This document shows positions 47,546 to 56,035 of a stretch of 64,000 nt of DNA, in pieces. The translations under genes were made by a program, and so were the position numbers. Position 1 is the stretch's first letter. Each line of letters opens with the position of its first letter. Under the pieces are notes generated by a model. It saw only the letters and a program-made list of their open reading frames with translations. It was not told where the DNA came from and made no database searches. Where the stretch lies: the NCBI GenBank assembly GCA_903953565.1, contig CAJBKE010000059.1:15923-79922 (forward strand), read 5' to 3'. This DNA comes from an uncultured Verrucomicrobiota bacterium (GTDB lineage: Bacteria; Verrucomicrobiota; Verrucomicrobiia; Chthoniobacterales; JACTMZ01).

Positions 47546-48043
47546 ATGTCAGGCAAGGCTCTCCGCATGCTGCTTTTGGCCACGCCGCTGTTCACTGGTT
47601 GCGCCATCCTCTCCCCCAAGCCGCCCGTCGCGCCCTCGCAGAGCAAGGACATTGCAACGCCGGTCATTCGCCCCTCGGGCAACGCGAACAAAGTCACACC
47701 GCGCCGCACCGACACGCGTGCCCGTCCTGCTTCGTCGCGTCCCGAACCGGCACCAACTCCGACCCCATCCGCGCGCGCCGGCACCGCCCCGTTCTCCTCC
47801 GCTATGATCATCAAGCCCGGCGCGCCCGCCACGCAGCCGGTTCCTCTTTTCCGCCAAGCGATCGTCCTCGCCAATGTACGCGCCGCGGTGGCCGATCTGC
47901 CGAGCCCTCCCCAAGCCGAATTCCGTCAAGGCTTGCTCACCCTCAAGTTCCGCGGAGCCAGTTCCGACCAAATCGCTGCTGCGGTCAATCGCGCCATGAC
48001 CGTCCCGGATGTCGCCCGAGTCCAAGTCGTTCCCGAGCCGTGA
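47546..48043 (+). CDS. hypothetical lipoprotein (165 aa)
   Basis: MSGKALRMLLLATPLFTGC lipobox, then a Pro/Ser/Ala-rich linker and a small C-terminal domain. Confidence 0.6.
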   Translation: MSGKALRMLLLATPLFTGCAILSPKPPVAPSQSKDIATPVIRPSGNANKVTPRRTDTRARPASSRPEPAPTPTPSARAGTAPFSSAMIIKPGAPATQPVPLFRQAIVLANVRAAVADLPSPPQAEFRQGLLTLKFRGASSDQIAAAVNRAMTVPDVARVQVVPEP

Positions 48044-48070
48044 TGCAGGAAGCGATGTTTCCGGTATGGC

Positions 48071-48090
48071 CGATCCACCGGCCGGGCAGA
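48071..48090. repeat. solo right-arm remnant of the nested-palindrome element
   Basis: CGATCCACCGGCCGGGCAGA matches CGATCCACCCGGCGGGCAGA at the right end of copy C (51269-51288). Confidence 0.5.
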
Positions 48091-48103
48091 TGGCGAAAAA
48101 GAG

Positions 48104-48175
48104 AGGCGAGGGTCGGAATCGAACCGACGCATAGGGCTTTTGCAGAGCCCGGCCTTACCACTTGGCTACCCCGCC
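48104..48175 (-). tRNA. tRNA-Cys (anticodon GCA)
   Basis: On the minus strand: acceptor GGCGGGG/CCTCGCC, anticodon stem GGGCT/AGCCC with loop CT-GCA-AA, T arm GTCGG-TTCGATT-CCGAC. Confidence 0.88.
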
Positions 48176-48234
48176 GATAACTTCGGTTATCTCTGACAGC
48201 CGGAGTCCCTTTTGTCAAACCCGCCAAAGCGCGA

Positions 48235-48264
48235 TTGACAGTCCCACGGTGCCCTTCTTATTCT
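48235..48264 (+). promoter_or_regulatory. candidate sigma70-type promoter upstream of rpoZ (TTGACA, about 18 nt, TATTCT)
   Basis: A perfect -35 hexamer at 48235-48240 and a weak -10 at 48259-48264, read by eye only. Confidence 0.3.
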
Positions 48265-48310
48265 TCAGGGTCACTGGCGCATCGTCAGTTGCTGCACCAA
48301 TCTCAACAAC

Positions 48311-48523
48311 ATGAATCCTATGCTGCTCGAAAAAGCCCGCGAAACTGTCGCCAACGACAAAATTTTGGTCAACCTCGTCTCGCGTCGCGTGCGTCAACTC
48401 AACGCCTCGAGCCGTCCGCTCGTCGAGGTCGATCCGGGCATGGGCTTCATCGACATCGCCCTCAAGGAAATCGGCGAGGGCAAAATCTCGGCCCGCGCCG
48501 CCGAGCCGGCCGCGGCGGCCTGA
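48311..48523 (+). CDS. rpoZ: DNA-directed RNA polymerase subunit omega
   Basis: 70 aa. NDKILVNLVSRRVRQLN and IDIALKEIGEGKI are typical RpoZ blocks. Confidence 0.85.
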   Translation: MNPMLLEKARETVANDKILVNLVSRRVRQLNASSRPLVEVDPGMGFIDIALKEIGEGKISARAAEPAAAA

Positions 48524-48542
48524 CGCCCGCTGCTCCGCGCCG

Positions 48543-48549
48543 AAGGAGG
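48543..48549 (+). promoter_or_regulatory. Shine-Dalgarno sequence AAGGAGG for smpB
   Basis: Perfect SD, 6 nt upstream of ATG 48556. Confidence 0.6.
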
Positions 48550-48555
48550 CCCGCC

Positions 48556-49014
48556 ATGGGCGACGACATCGTCACCAACCGCAAGGCGCGGCATAACTTC
48601 CAGATCGTCGAATCTTTCGAGGCCGGGATCGCCCTCAAAGGCACCGAGGTCAAATCGATCCGCGCCGGTCTGGCGAACATGACCAGTGCCTTCGCGCGCT
48701 TGGAAAAAGGCGAACTCTTCCTGCACGGCCTCGACATCCAGCCCTACCAGCGCGCCAGCCACGAGCAGCACGAGGCCAAACGCCCGCGCCGTCTTCTCGT
48801 CCACCGCGCGGAACTCCACAAACTCCGCGAGCAAGTCGAACTGCAAGGCTGCGCCCTCCCCGCGCTCAAGCTCTATTGGAAAAACCGGAACGTGAAGGTC
48901 CAGATCGGCGTGGCCAAAGGCAAAAAGGCACCCGACAAGCGCCAAGACCTCAAGCGGCAAGTGGCCGAACGCGAAGCCGCCCGCACCGCAGCAGCCTTCA
49001 ACCGCCGCGGATAG
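48556..49014 (+). CDS. smpB: SsrA-binding protein
   Basis: IVTNRKARHNFQIVESFEAGIALKGTEVKSIR...LLVHRAELHKL...ALKLYWKN; ATG 48556 is preceded by the SD. Confidence 0.93.
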   Translation: MGDDIVTNRKARHNFQIVESFEAGIALKGTEVKSIRAGLANMTSAFARLEKGELFLHGLDIQPYQRASHEQHEAKRPRRLLVHRAELHKLREQVELQGCALPALKLYWKNRNVKVQIGVAKGKKAPDKRQDLKRQVAEREAARTAAAFNRRG

Positions 49015-49061
49015 TTTTCCCGTTACCCGCCACCAGCGACCCGTTACAAACGTCGTCATTC

Positions 49062-50549
49062 ATGTCGTCCACCATCCATCCGACCTTCGAGGAGTTTGCG
49101 CGACTCGCCGCGAATCACGGTGTCGTTCCTGTTTGGACCGAACTTGTCGCCGACGCCGAAACTCCGGTCACCGCCTTCGCCAAAATCACCGGTGACGAGC
49201 CCGCCTTTCTTTTCGAATCCGCCGAGCAGGACGAAAAAAGCGGACGCTATTCCATCCTCGGCACCGGTGCGGAACGCGAATTCATCGCCCGCGGAGACCG
49301 CTTCGAAATCAAACGCGCCGGTCGCGTCATCCGGTCCGGCACAGCCGCCGATCCGCTGGCCGAACTCGAACGGGAAATGTCCAATCTCCGCGCCCCGGCC
49401 GGATCACTCCATTTTCCCGGCGGCTGCGTTGGCTACCTTTCCTACGACGCCATCCGCTACTTCGAGCCGACTGTCCCCCCGCCTCCCAAGGACGAACTCG
49501 GCCTGCCCGACCTTTATTTCTTCACCACCGACCGGATCCTGGTCTTCGACCACGTGACCCGCCGCCTCAAGGTCATCGTCAATGCTTACCCAGACACCGA
49601 CCCGCACGGTGCCTACGATTCGGCCTGCGCCAAACTGCGGTCTCTCATCGCAGAACTGCAGAAGCCGGCACATTTGCCACTCTCTCCGCCGAATGATGCA
49701 GCCATAAAGGAAGAAGTCGTTTCCAACACCGCCGAATCCGACTTCCTCGAAATGGTCGACCGGGCGCAGGAATACATCCGTGCGGGCGACGTCTTCCAAG
49801 TCGTCCTCTCGCAACGCTTTGCCACACCCTACGCAGGATCGCCGCTCGAACTCTACCGCGCCCTGCGCCACGTGAACCCGTCTCCTTACATGTTCCTGCT
49901 GCGCTGCCCGGGGTTCCATCTGGTCGGCAGCTCGCCCGAGGTCCATGTGCGCGTGGACGAGGGACAAATCCAGATCCGCCCGATCGCCGGCACGATCCGC
50001 CGCGGGACCACCCCGGAGGAAGACGACACCAACGCGGAAAAACTCCTCGCCGATCCCAAAGAGCGCGCCGAGCACCTCATGCTCGTCGATCTCGCGCGCA
50101 ACGACGTGGGACGCATCGCGGAATACAAGTCGGTTCGCGTCACCGATTTCATGACCATCGAGCGCTACAGCCACGTCATGCACATCGTTTCCAATGTGGT
50201 CGGCACGCTGTCGTCCGGCCATTCGACCTTCGACGTCATGCGCGCCACCTTCCCGGCGGGAACGGTCTCGGGCGCGCCGAAAGTCCGCGCCATGCAGATC
50301 ATCAACGCGTTCGAGCAAAGCAAACGCTGCAGCTACTCGGGGGCCGTCGGCTATTTCGGCTATGACGGCAACCTCAATTCCTGCATCGCCCTGCGCACCG
50401 TGCTGCTCAAAGACGGCACCGCCTACGTCCAGGCCGGCGCGGGCGTGGTTGCGGACAGCACGCCGCGGGGCGAATATGAAGAAACGATCAACAAAGCCAT
50501 GGGCGTCATCCGCGCCATCGAACGCGCCCGCACGGTGGAGCCATCATGA
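49062..50549 (+). CDS. trpE: anthranilate synthase component I
   Basis: [39 protein letters not shown]-type block, [20 protein letters not shown]. Confidence 0.93.
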   Translation: MSSTIHPTFEEFARLAANHGVVPVWTELVADAETPVTAFAKITGDEPAFLFESAEQDEKSGRYSILGTGAEREFIARGDRFEIKRAGRVIRSGTAADPLAELEREMSNLRAPAGSLHFPGGCVGYLSYDAIRYFEPTVPPPPKDELGLPDLYFFTTDRILVFDHVTRRLKVIVNAYPDTDPHGAYDSACAKLRSLIAELQKPAHLPLSPPNDAAIKEEVVSNTAESDFLEMVDRAQEYIRAGDVFQVVLSQRFATPYAGSPLELYRALRHVNPSPYMFLLRCPGFHLVGSSPEVHVRVDEGQIQIRPIAGTIRRGTTPEEDDTNAEKLLADPKERAEHLMLVDLARNDVGRIAEYKSVRVTDFMTIERYSHVMHIVSNVVGTLSSGHSTFDVMRATFPAGTVSGAPKVRAMQIINAFEQSKRCSYSGAVGYFGYDGNLNSCIALRTVLLKDGTAYVQAGAGVVADSTPRGEYEETINKAMGVIRAIERARTVEPS

Positions 50550-51109
50550 TCCTCGTCCTCGATAACTACGACAGCTTCACCTACAACCTCGTCCAGTATT
50601 TCGGCGAGTTGGGGGCGGACCTCCATGTCGTGCGTAACGACCAGATCACCGTTGCCGAAATCGAAAAGCTCGCGCCGGAGAGAATCATCGTCTCCCCCGG
50701 CCCCTGCACCCCATCCGAAGCCGGCATCAGCAGCGAAGTAATAAAGACTTTCGGCGGACGTGTTCCGATCCTCGGCGTCTGTCTCGGACACCAATGCATC
50801 GGCGAAGTCTACGGCGGCGACGTGGTCAGGGCCGACCGCCTCATGCACGGCAAAACCTCGCCAATCCTCCACACGGGCAAAGGCGTTTTCAAAGATCTCC
50901 CCTCGCCTTTCGAGGCCACGCGCTATCACTCACTCATCGTCAAACGCGAAACCCTCCCCGACGTCCTCGAGATCACCGCCGAAACCACCGAAGGCGAAAT
51001 CATGGGCCTGCAGCACAAAACCCTCCCCGTCCACGGTGTCCAATTCCACCCCGAGTCCATCCTCACGACCGAAGGCAAACGCCTGCTGAAAAACTTTCTC
51101 GAGCTGTAA
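50546..51109 (+). CDS. trpG: anthranilate synthase component II (glutamine amidotransferase)
   Basis: ATGA overlap with trp[26 protein letters not shown] catalytic Cys, VQFHPES. Confidence 0.93.
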   Translation: MILVLDNYDSFTYNLVQYFGELGADLHVVRNDQITVAEIEKLAPERIIVSPGPCTPSEAGISSEVIKTFGGRVPILGVCLGHQCIGEVYGGDVVRADRLMHGKTSPILHTGKGVFKDLPSPFEATRYHSLIVKRETLPDVLEITAETTEGEIMGLQHKTLPVHGVQFHPESILTTEGKRLLKNFLEL

Positions 51110-51209
51110 CTGGCCCACTATTGCGTTTGCCCCCCCCCTCCCTAGCTTCGCCGCCCCCGGCGACGAGCGGTATCACACCAACACGGGAAAGGTTTTCCAC
51201 GTCTGGCTA

Positions 51210-51276
51210 GGTGGATCGCGCTGTCCCAGCGCGATACGTCACTCAGGAAATCGCGATGAGGACAGCGCGATCCACC
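51210..51276. repeat. nested-palindrome intergenic element, copy C
   Basis: GGTGGATCGCGCTGTCCCAGCGCGAT...ATCGCGATGAGGACAGCGCGATCCACC. It lies in a convergent gap, just downstream of the orphan antitoxin gene. Confidence 0.85.
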
Positions 51277-51312
51277 CGGCGGGCAGACTCTGAAACTCTT
51301 TGAGTCTTCGTA

Positions 51313-51576
51313 TCATAGCTTCATACCTCTTTGGGCGCGCTTCTTGGCGCCCGTGCCACGGTTGAGGCTGTCGATGGAAGCGAGCAGGCGTTTGGTATTG
51401 GCCGGCGAACGAAGAAGGCTGGCCATCTCCTGCAGGGACTCGTATTCGTCGAGCGAAAGCATAACCACGGCTTGAGCGCGGTTGCGCGTGATGATCACCG
51501 GATCACGATCGCTGCAGACCCGGTTCATAGTGGTGGCCAGATTCTTGCGCGCAGCCGTATGGGTGATCGCGGTCAT
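51313..51576 (-). CDS. Phd/YefM-family type II antitoxin (no cognate toxin gene present)
   Basis: 87 aa. TAARKNLATTMNRVCSDRDPVIITRNRAQAVVMLSLDEYESLQE is a classic YefM N-domain. Confidence 0.85.
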   Translation of the reverse strand: MTAITHTAARKNLATTMNRVCSDRDPVIITRNRAQAVVMLSLDEYESLQEMASLLRSPANTKRLLASIDSLNRGTGAKKRAQRGMKL

Positions 51577-51615
51577 ATGGTCAGTATCACGGGCAAGTGA
51601 GGTTCCGCAGCCAAG

Positions 51616-52380
51616 TCAGCCCGCCCACTTTTCCGGCGTCATGTTGGTCACCGCCGCATTGGTGATCAGCTGGTTCGGAATCGAAACGATGTAGCCTTCC
51701 TTGGTGCGCACCCGCGTGCTGCGCAGTCCGATATTGACCACCTCCCCCTCGACATCGCCCTGCTTGATCATGTCGCCGACTTGGAACGTGCGGTCCATCA
51801 ACAGCGCCAGCGAACCGAACAAGTTGGCCAGCGTCTCCTTGGCGGCGAGCGCCACAGCCAATCCGCCGATTCCCAGTCCGGCGAGCAAACCGGCTACATT
51901 GTAGCCAAGGTTCTGCAGGACCAACAAAACAGCGACGAGGTAAAAGAAAACCTGGCACGAGCGCGCCAAGACCGGCGCCAATGTGCTGCGGGTGCGCGCC
52001 TCCGCGGGATCGGCCGAGGCATGTGCCCATCCGGCAAACGCCGTCACGGCGGCCCGGCCGGCCACGAACGCGGTCAAAATAGCCAAAGCGGCCCGCACGC
52101 CATGACCAAGCCATTCCTCGGCGGACGGCGGCAATTTCAGCATGTGCAGCGCCACCCCCACCGCGGCCAAAAGCAGTCCCCAACGCAAAAGAGGCACCAA
52201 GGTCCGCAGCACCTCGATTCCCACCACCGGCGCTTTGGACCGCACCGCACGTTCCATCCGCCCGCGCAGCATGCGTCCCAAACCCCAACTTCCGACCCAC
52301 GCGAGAAGCACCAAGAGGACGAAAACAAAAATCTCCCAGACCTCGACCTCGGACCAAATCGCTTTCATCGCAGAAATCAA
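51616..52380 (-). CDS. small-conductance mechanosensitive channel (MscS family)
   Basis: TM3/beta-domain signature NLFGSLALLMDRTFQVGDMI...GEVVNIGLRSTRVRT. Confidence 0.85.
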   Translation of the reverse strand: MISAMKAIWSEVEVWEIFVFVLLVLLAWVGSWGLGRMLRGRMERAVRSKAPVVGIEVLRTLVPLLRWGLLLAAVGVALHMLKLPPSAEEWLGHGVRAALAILTAFVAGRAAVTAFAGWAHASADPAEARTRSTLAPVLARSCQVFFYLVAVLLVLQNLGYNVAGLLAGLGIGGLAVALAAKETLANLFGSLALLMDRTFQVGDMIKQGDVEGEVVNIGLRSTRVRTKEGYIVSIPNQLITNAAVTNMTPEKWAG

Positions 52381-52436
52381 TTAACCGCAGAGACCGTAGA
52401 GGGCACGGAGAAAACGACCCGAGCCTGCGGTTCGGG

Positions 52437-52468
52437 AGTTTTCAGTTTTCCGTTTGCAGTTTTCAGTC
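52437..52468 (-). promoter_or_regulatory. AT-rich direct repeat (ACTGAAAACT twice, 21-bp register) upstream of mscS
   Basis: Plus-strand AGTTTTCAGT at 52437-52446 and 52458-52467. The distal copy forms a 13-mer (GACTGAAAACTGC in gene sense) that recurs at 57253-57265. Confidence 0.35.
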
Positions 52469-52560
52469 AACTGGCATCCCAAATTCAAAGCCATGTCCCC
52501 TCCGCGCGCTCCGCGGCTCCGTGAGAGACCGGGAATTGGTCGTTCGCCCTCTCTCATCGC

Positions 52561-54093
52561 TCATCGCTCAACCCTCAACTCCTCAAAAAACTTCCTCGCC
52601 GATTCCCCAATCGCCTTGCGCTCCGCGGGCGTCTTCTTGGCCAGCGTTTTCAACGCCATGCCGACACGCGGATTGCGCGCGAACCGCTTTTCGTGCCGGT
52701 CATAGAAGTCCCAATAAAGATAATTGAACGGGCACGCCTCCGGACCCGTTTTCACCTCCGGCTTGTAGCGGCACCCCGCGCAATAGTTGCTCATGCGCGA
52801 GATATAGCCCGATCCGGCGGCATAGGGTTTGGTCGCCATGAATCCGCCGTCCGCGTGCAGCACCATGCCGAGGACGTTGGCCGCCATGACCCAATCGTGC
52901 GCGTCGACATACATCTCATTGAACCAGCGAAGCGCTTCCTGCGGACGCACCCCGGCGAGGAGGAGAAAGTTGCCCAAAACCATGAGACGCTGGATGTGAT
53001 GATTGAAGCCCGTGTCGATCACCTGCCCCAAACACTGCCGAAGGCAGTTCATCTCCGTCTCGCCAGTGTAGAAAAAGTCCGGCAACGCCCGCAGTGCATC
53101 GAGCCCGTTCACTTTTTCGTACTCCGGCATTTTCAGCCAGTAGACCCCACTGACGAATTCCCTCCATCCGGCGATTTGGCGGACAAATCCCTCCACACTA
53201 GCCAGTGGTGCGCTCGCTTTCTCGTAGGCCGCGATCGCTTTCTCGATGCACTCACGCGGCGTGAGCAGTCCAAGATTGATCAGCGGCGAGATGACCGAGT
53301 GGAAAAGCAACTCCTCGCCCTCGACCATGAGGTCCTCCCACGGACCGAAGCCCGCGAGCCGCGTGGCGATGAATTGATCCAGCCACTGCAACGCCCCTGC
53401 GCGATCGACCGGCAGCCAGAAACCTTCGGTTGAGCCCGGATTTTTCGGGAACTCCCGCTCGACCAGAGCCATCACTTCGCGTGTGATCTTGTCCGGCTTG
53501 ACCGGCTCGACCGCGGCCTGCGGTTTGCCCGCCTTGGTCCAGTCCCGGAACGTCTTGCGGTTTTCTTCGTCGAAATTCCAACGTCCCCCGACCGGTTTCC
53601 CATCCGCCTCCATCAAAAACCCGAATTCCTGCCGCACCCGCCGGTAGTGCGTTTCCATGAGGAGCGACTTTTTGCCTTCCGCCCACGCGATGAACTCCTC
53701 CCTCGGCACGAGAAACTGGTGCGTGGGCACGATCTCGAGCGGAAATTTTTTCGCCAGCTTCTCCGCCGCCGCCTGTTCGTCATAGTTGTTCGGCGCGGCC
53801 AGCAGGATTCGGTCCGGCTTGTGTTTCTTCACGTGCGCCGCCAGCGCGCTTTCCCAACTCACCCCGCGGCCCAGCTCATGGTAGTCCACCTTCCACCCCG
53901 CATTGCGCATCTCCTCCGCGCAGTGCCTTTGCGCCGAGAGGAGCAAAACCAACCGCTTCTTGTGATAGCCCAGCTTACGCAACCCCCGCTCGCTCTCGAC
54001 AAAGAAGACGACATCCTCTTTTTCCCGTGCCCCCGCCAGCGCCGCATTGTCCGGCCCGAGCTGATCCCCCAAAATCCAAATCGTCCGCGCCAT
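52561..54093 (-). CDS. FeS-BCP cryptochrome/photolyase-family protein (PhrB/CryB-type, putative (6-4) photolyase)
   Basis: 510 aa with a COG3046-type N-terminus TIWILGDQL. The C-terminal Cys pattern C-x2-C-x12-C (NYCAGCRYKPEVKTGPEACPFNYLYW) plus the upstream NCLRQC fits the 4Fe-4S ligands of this clade. Confidence 0.8.
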   Translation of the reverse strand: MARTIWILGDQLGPDNAALAGAREKEDVVFFVESERGLRKLGYHKKRLVLLLSAQRHCAEEMRNAGWKVDYHELGRGVSWESALAAHVKKHKPDRILLAAPNNYDEQAAAEKLAKKFPLEIVPTHQFLVPREEFIAWAEGKKSLLMETHYRRVRQEFGFLMEADGKPVGGRWNFDEENRKTFRDWTKAGKPQAAVEPVKPDKITREVMALVEREFPKNPGSTEGFWLPVDRAGALQWLDQFIATRLAGFGPWEDLMVEGEELLFHSVISPLINLGLLTPRECIEKAIAAYEKASAPLASVEGFVRQIAGWREFVSGVYWLKMPEYEKVNGLDALRALPDFFYTGETEMNCLRQCLGQVIDTGFNHHIQRLMVLGNFLLLAGVRPQEALRWFNEMYVDAHDWVMAANVLGMVLHADGGFMATKPYAAGSGYISRMSNYCAGCRYKPEVKTGPEACPFNYLYWDFYDRHEKRFARNPRVGMALKTLAKKTPAERKAIGESARKFFEELRVER

Positions 54094-54132
54094 AGAATAT
54101 ATCTACCTCATCCCCAGCCCCCTGTCTCCCCT

Positions 54133-54194
54133 GGAGGACAGCCGCCCCCGGCCGCCTTTTGGAATGCGGCGGCATGACGCCGCTTTCGCTTTCC
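54133..54194. repeat. GC-rich hairpin repeat, left direct copy flanking the NTase-like gene
   Basis: GGACAGCCGCCCCCGGCCGCCTTTTGGAATGCGGCGGCATGACGCCGCTTTCGCTTTCC. Confidence 0.8.
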
Positions 54195-54328
54195 ATCTCT
54201 TACCCGCCAGCTTACCCACCGCCCCCCGCACTCCAGGATTTCCCGCCACAAGTTTGGTCGCCTCTATCTCTTCAACTTCCCGAGGAGGAAATTCTTGGCG
54301 ACCAGCGGCGAGTGAGTAAGCTAGATGC

Positions 54329-55202
54329 ATGGCTCTCTCCGATCTGCCGGACGAATGGAAAGAGTGGATCGCCCTCACCCCTCAAGAGCGATTCGAGGAG
54401 AGCCAAAGGATTTTTACCCAATATCTCGCCATGGGAGGCAGCCTTGATCCCGACCCCGATCCATCATGTCCTTTCTACGACCCGCGCGAGTGGGACCAGA
54501 ACGCTGCTCATGGGCGGGCAGGCCTGCGTGTTCTACGGCGCGGCGCAGGTTAGCAAGGACGTTGACTTCCTGGTCCTCGCCGATCCGGCAAATCTCGCCA
54601 AACTGCAGTTGGCACTCGACGCGCTCGATGCGGAAAGAATCGCTGTGCCCCCATTTGATCCCGGCGCCCTGGCCCGCGGCCACGCCGTGCACTTCCGTTG
54701 CCGTTGCCCGGAAGCCAAGGGCTTGCGGGTCAACGTCATGTCCGCGCTCCGCGGAATGCCCTGCTTCGAGGACTTATGGTCCCGTCGGACCGTGATCCAA
54801 GATCGCAGCGGACACATATTCGACCTCCTCTGTGTTCCGGATCTGGTCGCGGCCAAGAAAACCCAACGCTCGAAAGACTGGCCGGTCATCGAGTTGCTCC
54901 TCGACATTCATTACGAAGAGAACAAAGCGTCACCCACGCCCGACTTTGTCGAATTCTGGCTCTGCGAGGCGCGATCCCCCGAACAACTTGTTCAGCTCAC
55001 GGAGCGCTTCCCAGCCGAGGCCCTCGCACTTTTGCCCAAGCGCCCGCTCCTGCGTGCGGCGACTGCTGGCGACTTCAGCGCACTGCGCCGCGCCCTCGCC
55101 GAAGAAATGGCCGCCGAGCAAGATGACGACCGCGCCTATTGGGCGCCCTTGAAAAAAGAATTGGAAGCTTGGCGACGGGATATCTTGAAGAATCAACCCT
55201 GA
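54329..55202 (+). pseudogene. nucleotidyltransferase-fold (MNT/AbiEii-like) protein, apparently frameshifted near 54497-54503
   Basis: Frame 2 encodes MALSDLPDEWKEWIALTPQERFEESQRIFTQYLAMGGSLDPDPDPSCPFYDPREWDQ. Frame 3 continues TLLMGGQACVFYGAAQVSKDVDFLVLAD...DLVAAKKTQRSKDWPVIELL. Removing one A in CAGAACG would fuse them. Confidence 0.55.
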
Positions 55203-55220
55203 GCCCGCCCCGTTTCCCTT

Positions 55221-55280
55221 GGACGACGGCCGCCCCCGGCCGCCTTTTGGAGTGCGGCGACTCGACGCCGCTTTCCCTTC
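55221..55280. repeat. GC-rich hairpin repeat, right direct copy flanking the NTase-like gene
   Basis: GGACGACGGCCGCCCCCGGCCGCCTTTTGGAGTGCGGCGACTCGACGCCGCTTTCCCTTC. It has the same orientation as 54133-54194 and is highly similar. Confidence 0.8.
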
Positions 55281-55722
55281 AGTTCAACGGATTAACCACC
55301 CGCAGCCCGGCCTTGCGCGCCAGTGACGCCTGCCGGCCGTCGCCCGTCATAAGTTGATCGGCACCGAGCAGCAAGGCGCAGGCCACGTGCAGGGCGTCGA
55401 GCGTGCGGCAACCCGTCGTGGCGGCATGCGCATCGGACAAAATCCGGCAGCGCAGCCAGGCGGCATCCCAATCCACCGGCGCCGCGCGCAAAACGCCCGT
55501 TGCTACATCCGACTCGATATCCCGCAACGCCCCCGCAACCTCTTCCTCGCTGGCTTCACCGCGGAAGCATTTCAGCCGCAACGCCGAGACGCACTCCGCA
55601 TGATGCATCGGGGTGAAGACCAGCGCTTCCCGGCGCCGGACCACGAAGTTTCGCACTATTTCCGAGTCGCGCTCGTTGGTGTAAAGCTTGAGCAACAAGC
55701 CCGTGTCATAATAAGACTTCAC
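55279..55722 (-). CDS. vapC: PIN-domain ribonuclease toxin VapC
   Basis: The GTG start at 55722 overlaps the antitoxin stop (GTGA). YYDTGLLLKLY (first acidic residue), TLDALHVACALLLGADQLMTGD. Confidence 0.8.
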   Translation of the reverse strand: MKSYYDTGLLLKLYTNERDSEIVRNFVVRRREALVFTPMHHAECVSALRLKCFRGEASEEEVAGALRDIESDVATGVLRAAPVDWDAAWLRCRILSDAHAATTGCRTLDALHVACALLLGADQLMTGDGRQASLARKAGLRVVNPLN

Positions 55723-55961
55723 TGTTCGCCACGGCTTTCGTCGACGAGTTGCTGCGCGCCGGCGCCCCGCCACGGACCAAGCCAAGTCTTGCGGGCCCGC
55801 GCCGCAAAATCCGGAAACTCCACCGGTCCGTCGACCGGCACAGGCGACAACCGCGCCACCGGTTTGCGCCGACGCGTGATGGTCAGTTCGCGCCCCGCTT
55901 CCACCTCGCGCAGCAGCACGGCCAAATTGTGCTGGGCCTCCATAACAGAGAAAGTCTTCAT
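55719..55961 (-). CDS. Phd/YefM-type antitoxin paired with VapC
   Basis: MKTFSVMEAQHNLAVLLREVEAGRELTITRRRKPVARLSP is a prevent-host-death fold N-terminus; 80 aa. Confidence 0.8.
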   Translation of the reverse strand: MKTFSVMEAQHNLAVLLREVEAGRELTITRRRKPVARLSPVPVDGPVEFPDFAARARKTWLGPWRGAGAQQLVDESRGEQ

Positions 55962-56035
55962 AACGCATTAAATTAACGCATAATAACGCTACCCGTCAAC
56001 CCGCCTTTCCGCCTTTACCGAAACACCGAGCCGCA

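Noticed and set aside
19873-51276. Palindromic repeats as a CRISPR array
   Set aside because: The copies are tens of kilobases apart, not regularly spaced, each is an inverted repeat rather than direct repeats with spacers, and no cas genes are present.
51281-51315. The codons MKL-stop at the end of the YefM gene as a remnant of a YoeB toxin start (YoeB of E. coli begins MKL)
   Set aside because: Three residues are far too few to support homology, and the downstream reading shows no YoeB-like sequence.
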